Positions 1 to 7,316 of a DNA stretch of 18,904 bases are shown here, piece by piece. The notes beneath the pieces are model-generated. The model saw only the letters and a program-made list of their open reading frames with translations, made no database searches and had not been told where the DNA came from. Each line of letters opens with the position of its first letter. The first letter of the stretch is position 1. The DNA is from Sulfurimonadaceae bacterium. Its GTDB lineage: Bacteria > Campylobacterota > Campylobacteria > Campylobacterales > Sulfurimonadaceae. The stretch lies in the NCBI GenBank assembly GCA_041548245.1, contig JBFESZ010000038.1:1-18904 (forward strand), read 5' to 3'. The position numbers and the translations under genes are program-made.

Positions 1-12
1 ACTAAACTATGT

Positions 13-741
13 TTAGTAAATAATATTAGACAGGTAAAGTCCGTTAGGTGGAGCAGGACGAGTATTGTGCATCTTTTGGTTTTTTATCTGTTCCGCCAGT
101 TGATCAAGTGAAAGTTTTCCCTCATTGATTTTGAGTAAAAAAGCGACCATCAGGCGTATTTGTGAACGTAAGAAGCCATTGGCTTCAAAATAGAGAACAG
201 TCTTGTTCTTATACCGGTAGGCTTTTGACTTGAACATAGTGCGCACGGTAGATCCTGTACTGCTTCCGCTTTTTTTAAACATCTCAAAGTCATGTTCACC
301 TTCAAAAAGGCTCATAGCCTCCTGAAGTATCTTAATATCTATTTTCTGAGGTATGAAAGTGACAAAGGAACTTTCAAAAGGATTACTCGGCTTATCACAG
401 AGTATATACCGATAAGCACGGCGTTTTGCACTGTATCTTGCATGGAATGACTCATCGGCTATTTTAAGTTGACGGATCTTGATACTTTGAGGAAGCTGAA
501 ACTGTAGATGACGTTTGAGCTTTTCCAGGTCTGACCAGTAAGCGGGGATTTCACAATGCATCATCTGTTTGAAGGCATGAACACCGGCGTCAGTACGCCC
601 ACTTGCATGCAGTTTTGTTTTGATATTCAGAACATTAAGGGCCTCATAGAGTTTTCCCATAATGGTGTTGTCTGTATGTTTTTGCACCTGGGAACCTTCA
701 AAGGAGGCGCCGTTATAAGAGAGGAGTAGCTGTATCTTCAT
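13..741 (-). CDS. truA: tRNA pseudouridine(38-40) synthase TruA
   Basis: 242 aa; SYNGASFEGSQVQ N-terminus, catalytic ASGRTDAGVHA motif, FHARYSA, NGFLRSQIR and APPNGLYL motifs typical of TruA. Confidence 0.97.
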   Translation of the reverse strand: MKIQLLLSYNGASFEGSQVQKHTDNTIMGKLYEALNVLNIKTKLHASGRTDAGVHAFKQMMHCEIPAYWSDLEKLKRHLQFQLPQSIKIRQLKIADESFHARYSAKRRAYRYILCDKPSNPFESSFVTFIPQKIDIKILQEAMSLFEGEHDFEMFKKSGSSTGSTVRTMFKSKAYRYKNKTVLYFEANGFLRSQIRLMVAFLLKINEGKLSLDQLAEQIKNQKMHNTRPAPPNGLYLSNIIY

Positions 742-747
742 ATTACA

Positions 748-1767
748 CTAATATCGTTTCACGACTTTTTGATAATAAAGATAGGTAACACTTAGCAATG
801 TGGCAAAAGCTATGACGGCAATCGTATATAAACCAAGTGGTTTGGCAAGGGTAAAGGCCAGTCCGTAATAGAGCAGGATAGCTGCGAATATGTAAGCGTA
901 GGTATGGCCCTTTTGATGCCTAGCATTGATGATGCCTATGGTTGGGATGAGAAAAACGCTAAGCAACGGAAAAAGGGCTACGAGTGCATTGATCGTAAAC
1001 TTTCGGGTCATTTTGTCACGCTTGTCGGGGCTAAGCCAATACTGCAGGGTATCTTTATACTCATCGGTATCGGCAACCGTAGTGTCATTGATATACATCT
1101 TTCTATAGCTCATCTGAGAAAGGGAGTCTTTGGTATAGTTAAAACCCTTTCCTTGCTGAAGCTGAAGTTTCAAGACACCGTTTTTATTGGCAATATCGGC
1201 ATTTTTAGCCAGGATGAGGGTCTCCTCTTCTGCCTGTTGGTTAAAGAGTATTAGGTCGCTGAACTGCCCCTCGTCGTTGTTATCACCGACAAAGATGAGC
1301 CAATCCCCAAATTTATGTCCATATTCTGAGGCTTGAATATTGAACTTAGCTTCAGTCTTTTTAACCTTGATGAAGTTTTTATACAGGTTTTTTGTATGCG
1401 GAGAGAGGATAAAGAACAAGATGACGAGAATGAGTGTCTGGATAAGAGCAAGCTTAGTGAAAAAGAGCAATATATTGGAAGGTTTGACTCCTAATGAAAA
1501 AATGACGATCATCTCATAGTCGAAGGAGAGTTTTGCAACCGTCATGACGGCAGCGATAAAAAAAGTAACGGGCAGGGTATAGAAAAGCAGGTCTGGCAGC
1601 ATAAAGAGATAGAGCTTTACCATCTCAAAAAGGCTGAGCTGAATAATAGAGGTAAAGGCTGCAATCTTGACAAGCATGATCACCGAAGCGATGACATACA
1701 GCGGAAGAAAGATAGAAAAATATAACTGAGAGAAGTTAGAGAGTAAATAGTTCTTTAGCTTATCCAT
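748..1767 (-). CDS. LptF/LptG (YjgP/YjgQ) family LPS export permease
   Basis: 339 aa; three N-terminal TM segments with LPxxFF...KLSFDYEMIVIFSLGV motif, a periplasmic beta-rich region, then three C-terminal TM segments. Lies between prepilin peptidase and truA as in Campylobacterota. Confidence 0.85.
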   Translation of the reverse strand: MDKLKNYLLSNFSQLYFSIFLPLYVIASVIMLVKIAAFTSIIQLSLFEMVKLYLFMLPDLLFYTLPVTFFIAAVMTVAKLSFDYEMIVIFSLGVKPSNILLFFTKLALIQTLILVILFFILSPHTKNLYKNFIKVKKTEAKFNIQASEYGHKFGDWLIFVGDNNDEGQFSDLILFNQQAEEETLILAKNADIANKNGVLKLQLQQGKGFNYTKDSLSQMSYRKMYINDTTVADTDEYKDTLQYWLSPDKRDKMTRKFTINALVALFPLLSVFLIPTIGIINARHQKGHTYAYIFAAILLYYGLAFTLAKPLGLYTIAVIAFATLLSVTYLYYQKVVKRY

Positions 1768-2509
1768 ACAGGCTGTTCCAATAGTTTATAAAGTAGGAGT
1801 CAAAGATATAGACGATAAAAAGTGCCAAAGCGAGAAAAGGGACAAAGGGGACCATCTTGCTCTCATCTGTTTCGTCTCTCATCAGTATCATAACGGGTAG
1901 AGCCAGCAGAGCCGCGACGAAAACAGACATCAGTGCAAGTTGAATACCCAGCATGGCGCCCATGGTTCCTGCCACCATAAGATCCCCTTCACCCAAAGCC
2001 TCTTTTTTGATCAGGTAGGAGAGATAAAAACGAAGCAGAGCAAATCCACCGACGAAAAGAAGGGCGTTTTGAAAGTTTACTATCAGGCCATTAAAACTCG
2101 TTGCAGCGACGATTGCACTGCTCAGAGCCAAGAGGTTAAGGCTGTCAGGAACCATCTTGGTGTAATAGTCGATGACAGATAAAGCCAATAGAAAGCTAAA
2201 AGCGAGGGCAATCATCAAGGGCATATAGCCCAGCCCCAATTTTAGGTAGACAGCAGCGAAGATGATAGCGCTTAATAGTTCGACAAGAGGATACTGAAGG
2301 GATATCTTCTCCTTACAAAAGGCACATTTTCCACCGAGAAAGATCCATGAGAAAAGTGGAATATTATGATAAAACTTCAGCGGCGTCTTACATTTTGGAC
2401 AATGTGAAGCGGGAAAGGCAACATTCTCATCATTGGGTATGCGAGCAATCAGAACATTTAAAAAAGAGCCAAAGACAAGACCAATCAGCAGGACAAAGCC
2501 AAAAATCAT
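1760..2509 (-). CDS. Prepilin peptidase/N-methyltransferase (A24 family, PilD/GspO-like)
   Basis: 249 aa; GSFLNVLIAR, two Zn-binding CxxC motifs (SHCPKC, GKCAFC), catalytic Asp motifs (SVID, LGEGD), VPFVPFL; multi-TM. Start overlaps the uppS stop (ATGA). Confidence 0.93.
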   Translation of the reverse strand: MIFGFVLLIGLVFGSFLNVLIARIPNDENVAFPASHCPKCKTPLKFYHNIPLFSWIFLGGKCAFCKEKISLQYPLVELLSAIIFAAVYLKLGLGYMPLMIALAFSFLLALSVIDYYTKMVPDSLNLLALSSAIVAATSFNGLIVNFQNALLFVGGFALLRFYLSYLIKKEALGEGDLMVAGTMGAMLGIQLALMSVFVAALLALPVMILMRDETDESKMVPFVPFLALALFIVYIFDSYFINYWNSLYG

Positions 2510-3180
2510 TTAATTCCCCCAAAACGGCGTTCAATGCTTTTGTAGGATGTAATCATACTCTCTAACTCATCGCTTGTAAAGTCCGGCCAGAGCGTATCGG
2601 TAAAAAATAGTTCAGCGTATGCGGCTTGCCATAAAAGATAATTTGAGAGCCTGTGGTCTCCACCTGTGCGTATCAAAAGGTCTACATCATGTTTACAGTC
2701 CAGAGCATTGTTCAGGCTCTCTTCGGTGATGATATCACTCTCTTTTAATGTGTTGACCGCACGCAGGATCTCATCTCTTGAACCATAGTTTAAAGCGAGG
2801 TGTTGAATAAGATTGCTCCCGTGTTTGCTCTCTTCTGTCAGTCTAATAAGCTGCTTCTGTAATGGAGCAGAAAAGCGTGTCATGTCACCAATCATCTCAA
2901 ACTTGACACCCATCTTTACGTAAGTAGGAAGTTCTTTTTCCAGATAGGTGGCTAGCAGTTTCATCAAAAACTCGACTTCAAGTTTCGGTCGTTTCCAGTT
3001 TTCGGTACTGAATGCATATAGGCTTAGTCTTTCTATTTCAGGGTGTCGGGCACAATACGTTGTGATTTCACGTACCCTCTCTGAACCTGCTTCATGGCCG
3101 AATGACCGTTTCTTTCCCTGTTCCTGTGCCCATCGACCGTTACCGTCCATGATGATTGCTATATGTTTTGCTTGATTCAT
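2506..3180 (-). CDS. uppS: Undecaprenyl diphosphate synthase (cis-prenyltransferase)
   Basis: 224 aa; HIAIIMDGNGRWA, YAFSTENWKRP, ALNYGSR, DLLIRTGGDHRLSNYLLWQ, RRFGG. Confidence 0.97.
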   Translation of the reverse strand: MNQAKHIAIIMDGNGRWAQEQGKKRSFGHEAGSERVREITTYCARHPEIERLSLYAFSTENWKRPKLEVEFLMKLLATYLEKELPTYVKMGVKFEMIGDMTRFSAPLQKQLIRLTEESKHGSNLIQHLALNYGSRDEILRAVNTLKESDIITEESLNNALDCKHDVDLLIRTGGDHRLSNYLLWQAAYAELFFTDTLWPDFTSDELESMITSYKSIERRFGGIK

Positions 3181-3923
3181 ATATTGATATCCAAAATTTT
3201 GTCGTTCAAAATAAACATAGGCACGATTTCCTCTTTACGTTGTATATGTAGGGTCTTGTCAAAAGAAAATTCATTCCTGTAATGCTGCAGCAGCTTAAAA
3301 CTCTCTTCAAACAATACGTTTATTATTATGTGAATCTGATCGTCTTTTAAACTGACGACACCGTCCAAGGGACCCAAATGATTCAGATGTGCATAAAATT
3401 GTACTTCATCTTGGCTTTGTTTCTCTTGTCTTATCTTTTTTTTGTATTGGAGAAGTCCAAATCCATGTGTGTATTTAAAGGGTAAAGAGACGCTTCCTTG
3501 GGAGAGGCCCAGAAGCATCTGCGTCAAAAAATTGAACTCCTCTTTAGTCGAACTGTTTGAAAGGCTTAAGAGCAGTTTCGAGTGCAGTTCGGTGAGCGCC
3601 TCTTTGGATGGCTTTTTGAAATGGGATATAAGTTCTTCCAAGGTGTAGATAGCCTGTTCGGATTTTAGAGGGAGTTTATGAAAATGTTTTAAAAACAGAG
3701 TGTTGCTCTTTGCATCGTGGGAGACATTGGCAAGGTATTTCGCTCCGACATCCAGAGGTTTTGAACTTGTTGTTTCAAAACTGTTCCCTTTGATTTGCAG
3801 AAGGTATTTATCGGCGGAGAGTTTTTTGAGTATCGTGACTTCCACTGGGAGTAAAGAAGAGAGCCTGTTTGAAGAGAGTTCTGCAAGCAGGCTCTGAATC
3901 TGAGGCAGCGAAGCTATGATCAT
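3177..3923 (-). CDS. Conserved hypothetical protein with FliK-like C-terminal domain
   Basis: The ORF track starts at TTG 3935, but ATG 3923 overlaps the coaBC stop as ATGA, and the ORF stop overlaps the uppS start the same way. C-terminal VQFYAHLNHLGPLDGVVSLKDDQIHIIINV...LLQ resembles the FliK_C/T3S4 pattern (LxxLGxv-beta-beta-helix). Confidence 0.7.
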   Translation of the reverse strand: MIIASLPQIQSLLAELSSNRLSSLLPVEVTILKKLSADKYLLQIKGNSFETTSSKPLDVGAKYLANVSHDAKSNTLFLKHFHKLPLKSEQAIYTLEELISHFKKPSKEALTELHSKLLLSLSNSSTKEEFNFLTQMLLGLSQGSVSLPFKYTHGFGLLQYKKKIRQEKQSQDEVQFYAHLNHLGPLDGVVSLKDDQIHIIINVLFEESFKLLQHYRNEFSFDKTLHIQRKEEIVPMFILNDKILDINI

Positions 3924-5146
3924 AGGTGCTTGCAAAGCTCCGTAAGCTTGAGTGAGAGTGAGAGTTTGTCCTGACTTGGAAGAGTGGTCTGATCATCTTT
4001 AGTGATGAACTCTAACGCATTGACGGATGTTCCGAAACTCGAACTGTCTTTCAAGAGGTTGTAACAGACTGCATCAAGCCCTTTTTTCTCCAACATGGCT
4101 TTTGCGTTCTCAAACCCCTTTTCCGCATCCATCTCTGCCTTAAATCCGACAGTATACAGACCCTCTTTGTCGATTGAAGCAAGAATGTCACTGTTTTGCT
4201 TTAACTTTAATGACCAGATTTGACCAATATCGGATTTTTTGATCTTTCCTTCCTGGGAAGTTTCAGGAATGTAATCACTTACGGCGGCTGCCATAAAGAC
4301 AAAAGGCTTTTTAGCAGTTGGATCAGACTTAGCGATATGGATAGAATCATTTAAGTGTGCCAGCATCTCTTGTGAACTGTTGGCCTTAAGCTGAAGCATT
4401 GAGTGCGGGAGGCGCTGTGGAAAGGCTGAAGAGATAAAGTGTACATCCGCCCCTTTGAAAAAGAGTGCAAGGGCAAGAGAAGATCCCATTTTACCACTTG
4501 AAAAGTTAGATAGATAACGTACATCATCGATTTTCTCTATTGTACCGCCACCGGTGACAATAACCGATCTACCAGCCCAATACTCTTCTTTAAGCAGTAT
4601 CTGACAGGCTTGAAAATAGATCTCTTCGATGTCAATCAAGGCACCGTCACCCTTCGTATTACAGGCAAGCAATTTTGTCTGGGTGTCCATGATGGTGTAG
4701 TGTGAATCCTTCAAAAGCTGCATCGCATTAAGGATGATGGGATTGTTGATCATATGGGTGTTTGCCGCCGGACAAAGTAGTTTTTCATCGGAATAGGCCA
4801 AGGCTGTTTGAAGCAGAAGGTTGTCTGCAATACCCTGAGAGAGTTTTGCGATAGTATTTGCCGAAGCCGGAGCGATAATAAACAGATCAGCCCATTCGCC
4901 TATTTTGATGTGGTTCAAATCAGCATCCCAGGCTTCACTGTCTGCATGCAAGACCTTGTTCATACTGATCGTTTCAAAGGTCAGGGGGGTGATGAACTTT
5001 TTGGCTGACTCGCTCATGACGACACGGACTTGCGCACCACTTTTGATAAAGAGACGTATCAGCTCTAATGTCTTATAGATAGAGATAGAGGCTGTCACAC
5101 CGATTAAAATTTTTCTTCCGTTTAAGAGCTCAGGGAACATAATCAT
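3920..5146 (-). CDS. coaBC: Bifunctional phosphopantothenoylcysteine decarboxylase/phosphopantothenate-cysteine ligase (Dfp)
   Basis: 408 aa; ILIGVTASISIYK, HIKIG..ADLFIIAPASANTIAK, PAANTHM, LACNTKGDG, VTGGGTIEKIDDVRYLSNFSSGKMG, AAAVSDY, VGFKAE. The start could also be ATG 5140. Confidence 0.96.
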   Translation of the reverse strand: MIMFPELLNGRKILIGVTASISIYKTLELIRLFIKSGAQVRVVMSESAKKFITPLTFETISMNKVLHADSEAWDADLNHIKIGEWADLFIIAPASANTIAKLSQGIADNLLLQTALAYSDEKLLCPAANTHMINNPIILNAMQLLKDSHYTIMDTQTKLLACNTKGDGALIDIEEIYFQACQILLKEEYWAGRSVIVTGGGTIEKIDDVRYLSNFSSGKMGSSLALALFFKGADVHFISSAFPQRLPHSMLQLKANSSQEMLAHLNDSIHIAKSDPTAKKPFVFMAAAVSDYIPETSQEGKIKKSDIGQIWSLKLKQNSDILASIDKEGLYTVGFKAEMDAEKGFENAKAMLEKKGLDAVCYNLLKDSSSFGTSVNALEFITKDDQTTLPSQDKLSLSLKLTELCKHL

Positions 5147-5153
5147 ATCTTTT

Positions 5154-5184
5154 TTAGTGTATTTTACACTAATTTAGTCATAAT
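5154..5184. promoter_or_regulatory. Back-to-back divergent sigma70-type -10 boxes and an 8-bp perfect inverted repeat
   Basis: Minus-strand gTGTAAAAT (TAAAAT at 5161-5166) faces coaBC. Plus-strand CATAAT (5179-5184) lies 7 nt before ATG 5192. TTAGTGTA-ttt-TACACTAA spans 5154-5172. Confidence 0.5.
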
Positions 5185-5191
5185 TGCACTG

Positions 5192-6433
5192 ATGAAACAA
5201 TATGATCTGATCGTTGTCGGTTCAGGAGCTGCTGGCATGATTGCCGCGATTACCGCCGCACGACGTAATAAAAAAGTCCTTCTGCTTGAGAAGCTATCCA
5301 AACTCGGTGCCAAATTAAAAGCCACGGGGGGCGGACGCTGCAATCTCACCAACACGCTTCCCAATGATGAGTTTATGGCACGTTTCGGAAGAGAGGGACG
5401 TTTTATGACGCAGGCTTTAGAAGCCTTTGATCATAAGCGTTTACGTTCTTTTTTTGAAGAAATCGGTGTAGAGAGCCATGCTCCTGATGGCTATCGTGTC
5501 TTTCCGACTACGCATAATGCCGGGACAATTCTGAGTGCTTTGGAGACTGAGATGATGAAGCAGGGAATAGAGGTACTCTGTTCTCAGCGCGTTGAAGAGC
5601 TCCTGTTTAACGAGGAGCGTGTCGAAGGTGTACGGACACAGGAAAAATGTTTTTATGCCCCTAATGTTGTTATCGCTACCGGTGGCCTGGGATACCCTGT
5701 CTTGGGTGCGGAAGGAGATGGGTACCCTTTGGCCGAATCAGCAGGCCATAAGATAACGGAGCTCTTTCCTGCGATGATGCCGCTTCGTACCAAAGAGACC
5801 TGGGTAGAAAACTGCCGTGCTGACACCATACCCAAAGTCGAGTTAAGGGTCGATCTGAAAAAGGCCAAAAAGCTTCGGGCAAAGGGAGATCTGATTTTTA
5901 CTAAAACGGGGATCCGTGGACCGGTCGTCCTTGACTTCGCCAGAGAAGTGACCCCTTTGATAGAGAAGTATGGTGAAGTCCCTCTGCTGTTAAACCTGAC
6001 AAAGGGAAAAAACGAGGAAGAGTTGTTGCAATTTTTTAAAACAGAGATAGACAAAGACCCTCATCAAAGTACCCTGGATATTATGAAAAGACTTCTGCCT
6101 GAAGCCTTATGTATTGAACTGTGTAAATTGGTCAATGCTGAATGTACATCAGGGTTTAAGAGACTCTCCGGAGAGGTTCGTTCGGGATTGATAAAAATAT
6201 TGGCATGGACACCTCTGACAGTAACAGGGCATGACGGATTCAAAATGGCGATGATCACACGAGGGGGTGTCTCTTTGAAAGAGATCCGTCCTGAGACGAT
6301 GGAGTCCAAAGTGCTCAAAGGACTTTACTTTTGCGGTGAGGTGATGAATCTGGACGGCCCCTGCGGCGGATATAATCTTCAGTGGTCGTTTGCCAGTGGC
6401 TATTTGGCAGGAATGAGTATAGATAAGCTATAA
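5192..6433 (+). CDS. HI0933/YhiN (BaiN/RdsA-like) family NAD(P)/FAD-dependent flavoprotein
   Basis: 413 aa; VVGSGAAG dinucleotide-binding motif, GAKLKATGGGRCNLTN, IATGGLGYP, GDLIFTKTGIRGP, ITRGGV, GLYFCGEVMNLDGPCGGYNLQWSFASG. Confidence 0.93.
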   Translation: MKQYDLIVVGSGAAGMIAAITAARRNKKVLLLEKLSKLGAKLKATGGGRCNLTNTLPNDEFMARFGREGRFMTQALEAFDHKRLRSFFEEIGVESHAPDGYRVFPTTHNAGTILSALETEMMKQGIEVLCSQRVEELLFNEERVEGVRTQEKCFYAPNVVIATGGLGYPVLGAEGDGYPLAESAGHKITELFPAMMPLRTKETWVENCRADTIPKVELRVDLKKAKKLRAKGDLIFTKTGIRGPVVLDFAREVTPLIEKYGEVPLLLNLTKGKNEEELLQFFKTEIDKDPHQSTLDIMKRLLPEALCIELCKLVNAECTSGFKRLSGEVRSGLIKILAWTPLTVTGHDGFKMAMITRGGVSLKEIRPETMESKVLKGLYFCGEVMNLDGPCGGYNLQWSFASGYLAGMSIDKL

Positions 6434-6465
6434 TGCTTTTTACATTTTATATTGATGGATGATTA

Positions 6466-7185
6466 ATGAGACGTAAAATAGGACAATTAAAGAACAGTAT
6501 TGCCAATCTTGAGTTGATAGAGAGAATGCTTATACAAAACACTATTATCTTGGCGGAAGAGGGATGTGGGAAAACACATTTGGCGAATCTGATACGAGAA
6601 TATGTCATGGACAGCGGTGTACCGACTCTTTATCTTGACTTTTCAGATCCTGATGAAGATGATGTGGAGCCACGTTTTAAAGCAGGTGGGCGTTTTTTTT
6701 ATTTGCGTTATGAAGAAAACGATGCTTTTGATGCGGCTTTGAATGAGGCTATTGCAAGACGTGAAAACATCTATATGGCGACTAACCCAAACTATTTTTC
6801 CAATAAGCGTGATATCAAGAGCCGTCTTTCAAAGACAATTCAGACACCGGAGCTGCTTGAAAACTATTATTACTTCTTCCATGAGATTTCATGTCTGAAT
6901 GCCTTTTACACAAAATTTGAGGATTTTATGTTCTATATACTTTCACTGGTGAATCTTAAAAAGTACGGCTTGACCTTTTTGACCCAACCGCATGAGATAT
7001 TTGAAGACTATAAGATAAAACTCATTTTCTCTTTTCTGTATCTTGGCAGATGCTCTAATACCGATTACTATGATGCGGAACTTAAGACTCTGCCTGCACA
7101 TACCTTTATCTATCAGCATCGTCAGGATAAGCGGACCTTGCTTTTAAATGCAATCAGAAGTGATATTGTAACGATTGATCATTAG
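6466..7185 (+). CDS. Small P-loop NTPase-like protein (degenerate HerA/FtsK/VirB4-like core)
   Basis: 239 aa; NTIILAEEGCGKT Walker A, TLYLD strand, YYFFHE at the Walker B position, KKYGLTFLTQP resembling the RKxG-hhhh-TQ motif. SD-like GGA upstream. Confidence 0.7.
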   Translation: MRRKIGQLKNSIANLELIERMLIQNTIILAEEGCGKTHLANLIREYVMDSGVPTLYLDFSDPDEDDVEPRFKAGGRFFYLRYEENDAFDAALNEAIARRENIYMATNPNYFSNKRDIKSRLSKTIQTPELLENYYYFFHEISCLNAFYTKFEDFMFYILSLVNLKKYGLTFLTQPHEIFEDYKIKLIFSFLYLGRCSNTDYYDAELKTLPAHTFIYQHRQDKRTLLLNAIRSDIVTIDH

Positions 7186-7197
7186 GATCTGTGTTTT

Positions 7198-7230
7198 TCA
7201 ATCTACCGCTCAGATGAGCAGGCTGATTGA
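7198..7230 (+). terminator. Imperfect stem-loop downstream of the P-loop gene (possible terminator or processing site)
   Basis: TCAATC-ta-CC-GCTCA-ga-TGAGC-a-GG-ct-GATTGA, 13 nt after the stop codon; only a weak U-tract follows. Confidence 0.3.
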
Positions 7231-7280
7231 TGGTATTTCAACGCATATTCTATAAGAGTATATGCAATTGACAATTTTTA

Positions 7281-7289
7281 GGTTATGAT
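7281..7289 (+). promoter_or_regulatory. Putative sigma70 -10 box for the chemoreceptor gene
   Basis: ggtTATGAT (hexamer 7284-7289) preceded by a T-tract and followed by an AAAAAGG SD-like sequence before ATG 7317. Confidence 0.35.
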
Positions 7290-7316
7290 ACTTTAAACAG
7301 TAAAAAGGTTTTAAGT

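Noticed and set aside
1760-2509. Prepilin peptidase as evidence of a pilus/T2SS/competence locus here
   Set aside because: No pilin, secretin or assembly ATPase genes lie in the window, and this position in the uppS-truA operon is its ordinary location in Campylobacterota.
6466-7185. P-loop gene as part of a HerA-type anti-phage system or conjugative element
   Set aside because: No adjacent nuclease, SIR2, relaxase, T4SS or integrase gene, and the catalytic motifs appear degenerate.
7268-7273. Perfect TTGACA -35 hexamer upstream of the MCP gene
   Set aside because: Spacing to the best -10 box (TATGAT) is only 10 bp, and Campylobacterota housekeeping promoters generally lack a canonical -35.
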